This document shows positions 50,073-61,197 of a DNA stretch of 64,000 bases, one piece after another. The stretch's first letter is position 1. The number at the start of each line of letters is the position of its first letter. The stretch spans positions 704,001 through 768,000 of the forward strand of contig CAWKDB010000002.1 in the NCBI GenBank assembly GCA_963848295.1, read 5' to 3'. The position numbers were made by a program, and so were the translations under genes. Under the pieces are notes generated by a model. The model was given only the letters and a program-made list of their open reading frames with translations, was not told the origin of the DNA and ran no database searches. Origin of the DNA: an uncultured delta proteobacterium (GTDB taxonomy: Bacteria; Myxococcota_A; Polyangia; Haliangiales; Haliangiaceae).

Positions 50073-50663
50073 CTATTTGCGGGCCGTCGCCGCCGGAGGG
50101 GCGACCCCGAGCCGCTCGCGCAGCAAGCGGCGGGCCTCGTTGACCCGCCAGGCCACGGTTCCCTCGGGGATCTCGAGGATTTCGGCGATCTGCTTGTGCG
50201 GCATGTCCTCGATGGTGGCTAGCACGATCGTGACCCGTAGCGACGGGGATAGTTCGGCGATCGCGTCGAGAACACGGCGGATCTCGGCGGTTTGCTGCAC
50301 GGACTTGGCTGGATCGGGCCCGGCTTGGCCGAGCGCCTCGGGCCGCCCCCCGACGTGAGCGGCCTCGGCGCCGCTCCTGAGGTTGAGCCCGCTGCTCCGC
50401 TTGTCGGCGCGCAGCGCGTTGAGGGCGGTGTTGATCGCGATGCGGTACAGCCACGTCGAGAATTCGGCCCGGCCATCGAACCCGGCGAGCCCGCGAAAGG
50501 CGCGGACGAACGCCTCTTGGGTGGCGTCGTCGGCATCGCTGTGGTTGCCGAGAATATGGAGGGCGGCTGCGTACACGCGGCGTTGATACTTCTGGACGAG
50601 ACGCCCGAACGCGGCGCGGTCACCTTCGCGGGCCCGGTCGAGGTCGGGGTCCTCGTCAGCCAT
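50073..50663 (-). CDS. ECF RNA polymerase sigma-70 factor
   Basis: GDRAAFGRLV, DADDATQEAF, FSTWLYRIAIN, IAEILEIPEGTV. Confidence 0.93.
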   Translation of the reverse strand: MADEDPDLDRAREGDRAAFGRLVQKYQRRVYAAALHILGNHSDADDATQEAFVRAFRGLAGFDGRAEFSTWLYRIAINTALNALRADKRSSGLNLRSGAEAAHVGGRPEALGQAGPDPAKSVQQTAEIRRVLDAIAELSPSLRVTIVLATIEDMPHKQIAEILEIPEGTVAWRVNEARRLLRERLGVAPPAATARK

Positions 50664-50720
50664 GACGAGGCACTATATGGGACGTACCCATTCGACAACA
50701 GCTAGCCATCGAGGTTTGGG

Positions 50721-51119
50721 TCATCGTCGGCGATCGGCCTCGAACAGCTTCGGCACGAGCGCCGCGACCAGCTCGGCGATCCGAGCGAGCGAGCGCGCCG
50801 CCTCCGCCTGTTCGACGAGGCGACCGCGGATTCGGGCTGCGCCGGCGACCGCGGTATCCGAGGCGCGCTGCCGTGGGGCGAGCTCGAGCACGTTGAGCGG
50901 ATCGGGGCCGCCGAGCACGCCGCGCAGGTGCGTGATCCGGCCGCGCGCCTCGCGCAGTGCGTCGGCGACATCGTCGGCGTAGGCGCCGATCAGCGCGGGT
51001 CGATCGACGAACGCATCGAGGTCGACGAGCGCGAGGTCGCGCAGGCGCAACGACATCGCTTCATCAGGATCGGCGGCGAGTGGCTGCCCGACCGCCGCGA
51101 CGACGTTGGTCAGGATCAC
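50721..51119 (-). CDS. Hypothetical helical protein coupled to the pspA-like gene
   Basis: GTGA overlap with PspA stop; coding-like bias. Confidence 0.65.
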   Translation of the reverse strand: MILTNVVAAVGQPLAADPDEAMSLRLRDLALVDLDAFVDRPALIGAYADDVADALREARGRITHLRGVLGGPDPLNVLELAPRQRASDTAVAGAARIRGRLVEQAEAARSLARIAELVAALVPKLFEADRRR

Positions 51120-51940
51120 GGCTTGCCCTTGTTGATCGACTCCGCACCGCCTTCGGCGGCGCTACGCGTCGGGCGTTCGCCCGACTTGTCGATCGACTCC
51201 GCACCGCCTTCGGCGGGTTTCGCAGCCTCGAGTGCCTTCTGCTTCGCCGCCTTGTCCTCGGTCATCTTCGTCTTGAGCTTCGCGAGTGCGTCGTCGGGGC
51301 CACCCGGCGCCGCGAGCAGTCCGGGGTTGTTCCGGGTCGCGGCGAGCAGCTTGGCGTCGAGCTCGGCCTCGCCCGCGGTTTCACCGCGCATCGCGGCGTC
51401 GACCTCGGTCTCGATCGCCTCGGCGTCGATGCGCTCTTCCGCGCGCGCGAACTTGTCCCACACCGACGAGTCGTTGCCGAACGCGTCGCCCCCGGCCGAG
51501 CGCGCCGCCGCGATCTGGGTCGCGAGCGTGCCCTTGCGCATCTTCAGGATCTGCAGCTTGGTCTCGAACTCTTTGCGGCTCTTGTTGAGCTGGATCGCGT
51601 AGCTCGCCGCCTCGTGCTTGTCGCGCTCGATCTTCGCCGCCTCGACCTCGGCGGCCTTCTTCTCGCGCAGCGCGATCTTCGCGGCCTCGTCGTCGCCGGC
51701 CTTGACCGCGGTCATCGCGCGCTTCTCCCACTCGGCGGCCTTCGCTTTGAACTTCGCGACGTCGGCGTCGAGCTGCTTCGCGGTCGTCTTGTAGCTGACG
51801 AGCTCGGCGAGCGCCTTCTTGCGCCCCTCCTCGAGCTCGAGGATCGCCATGTCGACCTCTTTCGCCGGGTCGATCGCCTTGTCGATCGCGGCGTTGGCCT
51901 TGCTCGACACACCGGTCTTGATCCGGGAGAAGAACCCCAT
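51116..51940 (-). CDS. pspA: PspA/IM30 (bacterial ESCRT-III-like) family protein
   Basis: MGFFSRI...ANAAIDKAIDP, WEKRA..A..AGDDEAAK.AL, DDALAKLK. Confidence 0.88.
   Translation of the reverse strand: MGFFSRIKTGVSSKANAAIDKAIDPAKEVDMAILELEEGRKKALAELVSYKTTAKQLDADVAKFKAKAAEWEKRAMTAVKAGDDEAAKIALREKKAAEVEAAKIERDKHEAASYAIQLNKSRKEFETKLQILKMRKGTLATQIAAARSAGGDAFGNDSSVWDKFARAEERIDAEAIETEVDAAMRGETAGEAELDAKLLAATRNNPGLLAAPGGPDDALAKLKTKMTEDKAAKQKALEAAKPAEGGAESIDKSGERPTRSAAEGGAESINKGKP
51129..51216 (+). repeat. 57-bp-period repeat in the PspA C-terminus (same element family)
   Basis: ttgt(t/c)gatcgactccgcaccgccttcggcgg at 51129 and 51186; peptide AEGGAESI twice. Confidence 0.85.
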
Positions 51941-51985
51941 ACCGAAAGCCTAGCTCAGTTGCCGTCCCGGGGACGAATGCGAGTC

Positions 51986-53413
<1,428 letters not shown>

Positions 53414-53472
53414 CGCTATGCAGTGTCCGCGAAGATTCGCGGTCTGACAACCGCCCGCGGTACCATCGCGGC

Positions 53473-54225
53473 ATGCGCGGGTTGGCCGTGGCCGTTGTCG
53501 CGCTCGCTGCTTGCGGCCGGGTCGACTTCGGCGTGGGAGACGGTGGCGGCGATAGCGGCGACGGCGGCGGCGACGCCCCCGGGCCGGCCTGCCTGTCGAG
53601 CTACGAGCTGTGCGACGGCTTCGAGACCGCCGACTTTGCCCCGGTGTGGACGGTCTTGCCCGGGGCCACGATCGATACCTCGGTCCACCATCGCGGGCTC
53701 GCGTCGGCCCACTTCGCGATGCCGGGCACGACCGCGGGCAACGATTTCTATACGAACCTGTCCGAGACCACGACGCTGCCGCTCGGTGACCCGACGTTCT
53801 ACGTCCGCGCGTACGTGTTGCTCGGCTCGCTGCCGCTCGACAACATGGAGATCATCAGTGCGGAGCAGCAAAACACCGGCAACCCGAACGAAGATGGCCT
53901 GTTTGTCGATCCGGGCGACCTCGCGATCTACTCGCAGTTCTCCGACCGCGAGGCCGACACCTCGGCACCGCCGCCGACCGGGAGCTGGCTGTGCTTGGTG
54001 TGGTCGGTCACGCGCGCGACCGATACCAGCGGCTCGATGACGCTCGGCGGCGACGTGCAGGCGCTGAACCGGGGCGGCGTCGTGACCGATGGCGATCCGG
54101 CGATCAGCGAGATGGCCTTCGGGATCGGGTTCGCAGGTCCGAGCGTGGTCGTCGATCAGCCGGCGATCGAGCTGTGGATCGACGACGTGATCATCGCAAA
54201 CACGCCGATCACCTGCGCCGACTAG
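53473..54225 (+). CDS. Hypothetical lipoprotein (beta-sandwich-like)
   Basis: LAACGRVDF lipobox, LCDGFE, ELWIDDVII. Confidence 0.75.
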   Translation: MRGLAVAVVALAACGRVDFGVGDGGGDSGDGGGDAPGPACLSSYELCDGFETADFAPVWTVLPGATIDTSVHHRGLASAHFAMPGTTAGNDFYTNLSETTTLPLGDPTFYVRAYVLLGSLPLDNMEIISAEQQNTGNPNEDGLFVDPGDLAIYSQFSDREADTSAPPPTGSWLCLVWSVTRATDTSGSMTLGGDVQALNRGGVVTDGDPAISEMAFGIGFAGPSVVVDQPAIELWIDDVIIANTPITCAD

Positions 54226-54249
54226 CGCCTCGTGCGAAGCTCGTCAGCG

Positions 54250-55245
54250 ATGCTCAATCGCGCATTGTCAGCGGTCGCTGTCGTCACCTCTGTTGCTTGC
54301 CATTCGCGTCCGGACGCGCCGGCGCCACCCGCGCGCGATGCGAGCACCGGCAGCGCTGCACCGGCGCCAACCAAGCCAGCGAGCACGATGTGCATCCCGC
54401 CCGATTTGTTTGGCGGCTTGTCGTTGTTCACCGCAACCGACAACGCGGCGACCGCATGCCTGCACCGGCGACTCGTCGGCAAGGGCCACGCCGAAGTCGA
54501 GCGCTGCTTCACCGTCGACCTGGCGACCGGCGCACATGCGGACGCGGCCAAACCTGCCGTGACGCCGCCGGTGCCGCCGCCCTTCGAAGATCGCGAGGAC
54601 GCGACCGGTGTACGGATCTGCCGCGGCAAGGACTGCCGTTCGCTCGCGCTGCCGCCGCTGCCGGTCCCGACCGACGAGCCGCCGCCGAAGTACGAGCTGC
54701 AGCTTTCGGCCGACGCGACGCGCGCGATCGGCCAGGCGCCCGGGACCAAGCCGATCCTGTTGCTCGATACCGCGACCGGCAAGTTGATCAAGAAGCTCAA
54801 CGTCGCGCCGTGCACGAACGGCTACCGGTTCCTCGACGACACGATCTACGTCGCCGGTTCGCAGTGCAACGGCGGCAGCACGAGTGGCTATCTGTTCGAC
54901 AAGGACGGCAAGGCGATCGGTAAGCTGGACCAGGTCGATGTCGATTGGGGCCAACCGATCCGGTTCGCGGACTCGACGTGGGCGGTGCCCGGCACCGGCG
55001 GCAACGGGTTCGTGATGTTCGACGTCACGACCGGAGAGGTCAAAGGCGCGGTCGCGACCACGCCTCACTACGACGAGAAGGACTTGTTCTCGACCCCGGT
55101 GAGCGCAAAGACCGGCGGCGAAGTCTCCGAGCTGACGCGGACCCCGTCGGGCACGCTGCTCGAGTTCTCGGCCGGCATCGCGATCATCGATCCGGCGTTT
55201 CATCGCGTCGCGAAGCACATCCCGCTCGAAGTCTGCAAGCGATAG
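54250..55245 (+). CDS. Hypothetical lipoprotein
   Basis: Lipobox SVAC, coding bias. Confidence 0.65.
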   Translation: MLNRALSAVAVVTSVACHSRPDAPAPPARDASTGSAAPAPTKPASTMCIPPDLFGGLSLFTATDNAATACLHRRLVGKGHAEVERCFTVDLATGAHADAAKPAVTPPVPPPFEDREDATGVRICRGKDCRSLALPPLPVPTDEPPPKYELQLSADATRAIGQAPGTKPILLLDTATGKLIKKLNVAPCTNGYRFLDDTIYVAGSQCNGGSTSGYLFDKDGKAIGKLDQVDVDWGQPIRFADSTWAVPGTGGNGFVMFDVTTGEVKGAVATTPHYDEKDLFSTPVSAKTGGEVSELTRTPSGTLLEFSAGIAIIDPAFHRVAKHIPLEVCKR

Positions 55246-55676
55246 TTACCGCGCCGGCACGTACCCGAGGATCATCGTGCCGAGCGACGTCTTCTTGTAG
55301 TTGTCGTGCTCGTCGGTGATCCACGACACCTCGACCACGGTCGTCGCGCGTCGCGAGAGCGTCAGCACCGCGCCGGCCGCACCTTGGTCCACGGTCGCGC
55401 TGCCCGCGCCGAGATCGAGCTCGAGGATCGATCGCCGACCGCGGGCACGACGACCCGGCTGAGCTCCCAGTGCACGGCGTCGCCGAGCTTGAACGGGCTG
55501 CGGATCGCGTCGCTGACGTGGCCCTCGATCGCGCCGGCGGTTACCGTGTCGACCGCGACCACCTCGATCCGTTTCGCGTGCTTCATCAGCTCGCCCATCG
55601 AGCTGCCCCACAGCTCGGCGTGGGCGGACGACGAGGCGAGAACGATCGTGGCGATGACGAGGGCGCGCATGATCAT
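55246..55676 (-). pseudogene. Secreted hypothetical protein broken by a frameshift or deletion near 55430
   Basis: Signal peptide MIMRALVIATIVLASSSAHA...VPAVGDR in one frame; natural-looking ILELDLG...LGYVPAR* in another. Confidence 0.5.
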
Positions 55677-55702
55677 GCAACGCCCGGACCGCTCGGACGA
55701 TC

Positions 55703-57541
55703 CTACGACCGCTCCGCGCTCGTCCACAGCGGCAGCGCGGCGAGCGCGTGCTTGTCCGTCGGCAGCGTGATCGTGATCGTCGTACCGCGGCCTTCTTCGG
55801 AGTCGATCGTGATCCGGCCGTGATGGGCGGCGACGACGCGCTCGGCGATCGCCAAGCCCACGCCCGAGCCGGTCTCCTTCGTCGTGAACCCGGGGACGAA
55901 CAACCGCGCGAGGTGAGCTCGCGGGATGCCCGGGCCGGTATCGGCGACGACGATCTCGATCAGCGGCGCGGCACTCGCCGGCCCGGCGAGCGACCGGACC
56001 TTGACGTGGACGTCGCCATTGGACGATGCACAGGCCTCCGCCGCGTTCGACACGACGTTGAGCAGCGCTTCGCGCAGCAGCATCCGATCGCCGCGGACGT
56101 CGGGCATCCCGGTCGCTTGCTCGAGCGTGATCGAGACTTGCTGCGTCCGGGCCTGCGCCGCGATCACGACTTCGTGCAGCAGCGACGATAGCGGCACGAG
56201 CTCGACCGTCGGCGTCGGCGCCTGCAACGATCGCAGGTACTGCGCCCATTCCTCGTAGAGCGCGGTGACATCGGCCTCGAGGTCCTTGAGGCGGTCGTGG
56301 ACGTCGCCCTGCGCGAGCTTGCGCACCGAGCGCGCGCGCGAGCCGATGATGCCGAGCAGATTCTTGACGCGGTGGCCGTGGGCATAGACGCCGGCGAGCA
56401 CGTCGTGGCGCGCGACCTCGGCGGTCGCGGTGACGAGCCGCGGCGCGACCCCGCCCGCCGCGCTGCCGGCGCCTGGGTTCGCCGCATCGAGCAGACGGCC
56501 GACGACGACGCCGAGGCTCGGCGACTGCGCGTCGAGCATGCGCGCCGCGTTGCGCCACGCGAGCCCGTGATTCGCGTCGATGCGCAGCGCACGCTCGATC
56601 TCGGCCAGCGCGCCCGCCTGGTCGCCGCGTTCGAGCACGAGCAGCGCGAGCCGACACGCCGCCGCGGTGTGGCCGGGCTGGAAGGCGAGGCCTTTGCGAT
56701 ACGCCTCCTCGGCGCGCTCGCGGGTCGCCGGATCGTCTTCGAGCAAGCCCGCGCGCAGGAACTGCAAGCGCGCGCGATCCACGGTCGGCAGCGGATTGCC
56801 CGCGGCATCCATGACGAGCGTCTCGAGCTCGGCGACGAGGGCGGCGCGTTCGGCGGGCTTGCGGGCGCGGCGCTCGAGCCGGCGCAGCTGGATCGCGGGC
56901 GACGGACGCGCCTGCGCGAGCGCGGCGAGCTCGTCATCGATCATCACGTCGGTGACACCGGGATCTCCCGCGGCTTGGCGCGCGGCGAGCAACGCCGCCG
57001 TGCACGGCGTCCCGGGACTCGCGCTCGCGCTCGTCATCGCGTCATCGCTGCGACCGTGCGCGACGACGGCGGCCGCGATCTCCTCGATCAAGCCGAAGTC
57101 GGGGAGCTCGCCGGCGGGCCCCGCGGCCGCGATCGCGGCATCGAACGCCACCGCCGACTGTGCCGCGGCGCCGGCGCGATCGCCCTGAGCATCCGCGGCG
57201 CGTGCGAGCAGCAGGTGCGCACGCGCGCGATCCCACGCCAGCAGCTTCGGTGCGTCGAGCGCCGCGGTCAGCGACATCCGCGCCGCCGCGAGCTCGCCCG
57301 CTGCGAGCTGCGCCCGGCCGAGCAAGATCTTCGTCGCCGGTCCCGGCGCGCGCTTCGCGGCATCGGCCGCGGTCCGTCGAGCCAGCGCGACGTCGCCCTG
57401 AGCGAGCGCGATATCGCACAGCCGCAACGCGGGCGCCGCATCGTCACTCGCCGCGAGCGCCCGAAACAACGCGCTCTTGGCCGCGGAGGGCAGGCCGAGC
57501 GTCCAGTAACGCTCGCCGAGCTCGAGTAACACCGAGCTCAT
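55703..57541 (-). CDS. TPR-repeat histidine kinase
   Basis: TPR helices; H-box HGHRVKNLLG, N-box NVVSNAAEA, DTGPGI, FTTK, GSGVGL; ATGA overlap. Confidence 0.88.
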   Translation of the reverse strand: MSSVLLELGERYWTLGLPSAAKSALFRALAASDDAAPALRLCDIALAQGDVALARRTAADAAKRAPGPATKILLGRAQLAAGELAAARMSLTAALDAPKLLAWDRARAHLLLARAADAQGDRAGAAAQSAVAFDAAIAAAGPAGELPDFGLIEEIAAAVVAHGRSDDAMTSASASPGTPCTAALLAARQAAGDPGVTDVMIDDELAALAQARPSPAIQLRRLERRARKPAERAALVAELETLVMDAAGNPLPTVDRARLQFLRAGLLEDDPATRERAEEAYRKGLAFQPGHTAAACRLALLVLERGDQAGALAEIERALRIDANHGLAWRNAARMLDAQSPSLGVVVGRLLDAANPGAGSAAGGVAPRLVTATAEVARHDVLAGVYAHGHRVKNLLGIIGSRARSVRKLAQGDVHDRLKDLEADVTALYEEWAQYLRSLQAPTPTVELVPLSSLLHEVVIAAQARTQQVSITLEQATGMPDVRGDRMLLREALLNVVSNAAEACASSNGDVHVKVRSLAGPASAAPLIEIVVADTGPGIPRAHLARLFVPGFTTKETGSGVGLAIAERVVAAHHGRITIDSEEGRGTTITITLPTDKHALAALPLWTSAERS

Positions 57542-58659
57542 TGACTTCGACGCCGCCGGCGCGCTGCCAGCATCACGCCAAGCGCGAGCACGATCGCGCC
57601 CGCTGGCGAGCCATCCGAAGCTTGGCAGCAGCCCCCGCTCGAGCCCGGGTCGCGGACCGAGAGATCGTCTCCGTCGACCGGCAGCGTCGTATCGGCGCCG
57701 ACGACCGCCGGGCACTGGTTCGTCGCCGAGCACACCGCGCCGCCCGGGCAGTCGCCGCACAGCGCATCGATGCCGCAGCCGTCGGCCACGAGCGCGCCGC
57801 ACTCGACGCCGAGCTCGACGCAGCTCTTCGGCTGGCAACACGACGCCGACGCGGGGAACCCGGGGCCGCCGAACGCGAAGCCGGTCGCGGTGACCGCACC
57901 GTCGAGGTATGCGGTCGGCGACGTCACGACGATCTGCTCGATCTGCGCCGGCGTGTGCGTGCCGGTCGCGCCGATCTCGTAGAGCCCGGTCATCGTCGCC
58001 GCGCCGGCCGCGCTGCCGAACGTGCCGTTCCCCATCTGCGTGCACGGCGTCGTGCTGCCGGCCGAGACCTCGCCGAACCACTGCACGAGCCCCGCGGTGG
58101 TGAACGTGCCACCCCACTCGGTGCCGGGGAAGTAGCCGATCAGCTCGCCCTGGTAAGAGAGGTTCCAGTTGCCATTCGCGTACGCGATCGCGTACTCGTC
58201 GACCTCGCCCGGCGCGACGCGCATCCCGGGCGTCCGCGTCGTGGAGACCTGGACGAAGTCGCAGCCGTCGTAGCAAGTGCCGACGCCGTTGATCCAGTGG
58301 AACGCGAACAGGTGCGGCTCGAGGTCGCCGTTCACCCCGGAGTCGACATCCCAGCCGATCTCGACGATCTGCTGGTTGTCGGCGGATTCGACCGCGATCT
58401 CGCCGAGCGAGTGAAAGTCGACCGCGGCGACCGCCGGATCGGCCTGCATCAGCATGCCGCCCGCGCCCGCCGTCGACTGCTCCTCGCCATACGACACGTA
58501 GAAGTACGGCGTCGTCGCATCGATGGCCGCGCTCGCCCCGCGCACCGGCGGGTGCGCCTTGAACGCGTAGATCGAGTGCGGCTGCAACGGCTCGGCACGG
58601 GCGATCGCCGGTGCCAGCGCACTCGCGAGCGCGAGCGCGACGACGGCGCGCCCGATCAC
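57538..58659 (-). CDS. Neprosin-family (glutamic) peptidase with MYXO-CTERM-like sorting tail
   Basis: VEIGWDV, PHLF, CYD..DFVQ, IGYFP, QWFGEV, QMGNG; tail GGCC...AIVLALGVMLAARRRRR. Confidence 0.85.
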   Translation of the reverse strand: MIGRAVVALALASALAPAIARAEPLQPHSIYAFKAHPPVRGASAAIDATTPYFYVSYGEEQSTAGAGGMLMQADPAVAAVDFHSLGEIAVESADNQQIVEIGWDVDSGVNGDLEPHLFAFHWINGVGTCYDGCDFVQVSTTRTPGMRVAPGEVDEYAIAYANGNWNLSYQGELIGYFPGTEWGGTFTTAGLVQWFGEVSAGSTTPCTQMGNGTFGSAAGAATMTGLYEIGATGTHTPAQIEQIVVTSPTAYLDGAVTATGFAFGGPGFPASASCCQPKSCVELGVECGALVADGCGIDALCGDCPGGAVCSATNQCPAVVGADTTLPVDGDDLSVRDPGSSGGCCQASDGSPAGAIVLALGVMLAARRRRRSQ

Positions 58660-59363
58660 GACAGTTGCTTCTTACGCGCGCCGTTATGCGCTTCGAGCTT
58701 CGCGACCGCCGCCTCGAGATCCGCGCGACTGCCCTTCGCGCTCGCCTCGCGCAACTTGTCGACCGCGGCGGTCATGACTTCGTGATCGGCGGTCAGCCGC
58801 GCCCGCATCGCGTCGTGACTCTCTCGAAACGCGGTGTAGAAGTCCTGCAGCATGTCGCCCTTGCGCAACGGAGTCACGACGCCGAGTCGCCCGTCCGCCA
58901 TCCGATCGAAGTACATCGAGACCTTGTAGAGCGGGCCCGCCACCTTGTGCGTCATGATCACGAGATACGCGGACAGGATCAGGACCAGGCCGATACCGAA
59001 GCCGGCCATCTTGTAGACCAGGACGCGATCGGTCGCCTCGAGCTCGGCTGCGACTTGCCGCTGGAGGCCCGCGACTTGCCTCTGGAAGTCGTCGTCCTTG
59101 TCGTCCTTCGTCAGCCCCGCGATGTCTTGCTCGATCGACGCCGATGCGATGTGGCGCTGCTGGTAGATCAGGTAGCCGAGCGAGCCCGCGATCACGCCGG
59201 ACAGGATCGTGACCATGAGGACGTAGCGCAGCTGCAGCTTCTTATCGAGCAGATAGTTCGATAGCTTGCGCTTGTACTTCGGACGTTGCGGCGCGCCGTT
59301 CTTGGGCACGTCACCGCCGAGCTTGCCGTCTTGCACCACCGTTGCCGACGGGACGTCACTCAA
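58656..59363 (-). CDS. Two-TM HAMP-like membrane protein
   Basis: KRKLSNYLLDKKLQLRY, THKVAGPLYK, LRKGD. Confidence 0.75.
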   Translation of the reverse strand: MSDVPSATVVQDGKLGGDVPKNGAPQRPKYKRKLSNYLLDKKLQLRYVLMVTILSGVIAGSLGYLIYQQRHIASASIEQDIAGLTKDDKDDDFQRQVAGLQRQVAAELEATDRVLVYKMAGFGIGLVLILSAYLVIMTHKVAGPLYKVSMYFDRMADGRLGVVTPLRKGDMLQDFYTAFRESHDAMRARLTADHEVMTAAVDKLREASAKGSRADLEAAVAKLEAHNGARKKQLS

Positions 59364-60240
59364 GGGACTTCTCCTTGCGCGCGACCAGCGCACGCAGCTC
59401 GCCCACCACGTCGTGCTCGACCCCCGCGGCTTCCGCAGCCGCGATCACCGCGCGCAGTTGCTCGAGATCTTCGCGCTCGAGCTTGACGACGCCGGCGTGC
59501 GCCGTCTTGAAGTGATTGTAGAAATCGACGAGCTGATCGCCCTTGCGCAGGTTGTAGACCTTGTCGAACCGGCCCTCGCGCATCTTGCCGAGATAGAGCG
59601 TGACCTTGAACAACGGGCCGGCGACTTTGTGGGTCGAGTTGATGCCGTACACCGCGAGCCCCAGCAACAGACCGATGCTGGTCACGACGAGCACCAGCAA
59701 GATCCGCGTGTGTCCGCGCTCGAGATCATCGAGCGCGCCGGCCTGGCGCATCTCGCACGACCAGTGTGCCACGACCGCGTCGCCCCAGCCTTTCGGCACG
59801 GTCTGAACGACCGGCGCCGGCGGCACGAGCGTCATCGTCTCGTCGTCGATCTGCACCGTCACGTGGTGCGGCCCCGTGACGTCATGCTTGCCCGCCGCTT
59901 TGTCGGCCTTCGGCTCCTTGGCATCGCTATCGGGCGGAGGCACGTCGAGCGGCTTCTCGACCGGCGGCGCGGGCGGCGGCGGCGCCGGATTCGGATGCTC
60001 CGGCAACGCCTCTTCCACCGTGGCGTCGAGATCGGGAATCTTGACGCATGGCTCGCCGACGACCCGCGATCGGCCGACCGCGGTCGCGACGTTCGCCTCG
60101 CGCATCACCCAGAAACCCAAGCCGGCCATCAGCAAGGCCGACAGGCCGACCATGAACAGCGTGAAGCGCAGCTGATACCTCTTGTTGAGCAAGAGGTTCT
60201 TCCAGCTGCGCTTGTAGCCTTTGTTCGAGGGGCCGGACAT
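59356..60240 (-). CDS. Two-TM HAMP-like membrane protein, tandem paralog
   Basis: KRSWKNLLLNKRYQLRF, THKVAGPLFK, LRKGD. Confidence 0.75.
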   Translation of the reverse strand: MSGPSNKGYKRSWKNLLLNKRYQLRFTLFMVGLSALLMAGLGFWVMREANVATAVGRSRVVGEPCVKIPDLDATVEEALPEHPNPAPPPPAPPVEKPLDVPPPDSDAKEPKADKAAGKHDVTGPHHVTVQIDDETMTLVPPAPVVQTVPKGWGDAVVAHWSCEMRQAGALDDLERGHTRILLVLVVTSIGLLLGLAVYGINSTHKVAGPLFKVTLYLGKMREGRFDKVYNLRKGDQLVDFYNHFKTAHAGVVKLEREDLEQLRAVIAAAEAAGVEHDVVGELRALVARKEKSLE

Positions 60241-61157
60241 TACGGAGATGCCTTCGACTGGATCGTCGGGACAATCTTCTTCGTGATCAAGTCTTCGACC
60301 ACCGCGGAGATGCAGTCCTCGGTGGCCATCGCTTCGTCGCGCGGACTCGCGCTCGCTTGCACCGAGGCGCCGCCGTTGAGGAACCCAAACATCGCCTTGT
60401 CGGGGAAGCTCGCGATCAACATGTTGACTTTACAGGAGATCGTCGACGAAGACCCAGATTCCTTGATCTTCACTTCGTTAAGCGTGCCATCGACGAAGAA
60501 GCCGGCGACGCGCTTGGCGGTGAGAGCTGCCTTGCTCGGTGGTGACCCGGGCCACGTCGTCATCATGCTGGACGCGACCTTGGACATCGTTTGGTGCGCG
60601 GTCTTCACCATCAGCGCCTGAAACTTCGCGTCGTTGGTCCCGGCCTTGCTCGACATCGGGCCGATGTTGACGTAGATGCCGCCGCTACCGCCAGACGACG
60701 TCGGGTTGCTCGGGCTGGACGGCGCGACCGCGACCCCGATCGCGGCGAGCGCCTTTCTCGCTTGGCCCTGGACCGAGTCGCTATCGTCGCTCGACGCCGC
60801 TTTTGTGAGCGCGGCGATCGCGAGCCGCTTGCGCGAGGAGTCGGTCGCCCCGGTGACGAGCTTGCTCAGGCCGACCGCGCATGCGCTGCGCACGCTCGCA
60901 CTCGAATCGTTGCCGATCGCGGTGACCATCGTGAGGATCGCGCGCGGATCGCCGAGCCTCGCGAGGTTGATCGCGGCGGACAACCGGACCTTGTCGGAGT
61001 CGGCGTTCTTGAGCTGATCGATCAGCGTCGTGACGCTGTCAGCGTGCGCCGGCGGGGCATGCAACGCGATCGCGAGCGCGGCGAGCACGGCCGCGAGCCA
61101 GCGAGCGACATCGCCGCCTCGCCGCCTCGCCACTGCGCTCGTTCGTCCCGATTGCAT
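60240..61157 (-). CDS. Secreted HEAT-repeat protein
   Basis: Signal peptide; DKVRLSAAINLARLGDPRAI, SVRSACAVGL. Confidence 0.78.
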   Translation of the reverse strand: MQSGRTSAVARRRGGDVARWLAAVLAALAIALHAPPAHADSVTTLIDQLKNADSDKVRLSAAINLARLGDPRAILTMVTAIGNDSSASVRSACAVGLSKLVTGATDSSRKRLAIAALTKAASSDDSDSVQGQARKALAAIGVAVAPSSPSNPTSSGGSGGIYVNIGPMSSKAGTNDAKFQALMVKTAHQTMSKVASSMMTTWPGSPPSKAALTAKRVAGFFVDGTLNEVKIKESGSSSTISCKVNMLIASFPDKAMFGFLNGGASVQASASPRDEAMATEDCISAVVEDLITKKIVPTIQSKASP

Positions 61158-61197
61158 CGTTCTCTGAAGTCAGACGCCCGAGCCGCCGACCGCATCA

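Noticed and set aside
51941..51985. Sigma54 promoter for pspA
   Set aside because: No GG-N10-GC spacing found; a TAGGCT -10-like box fits better
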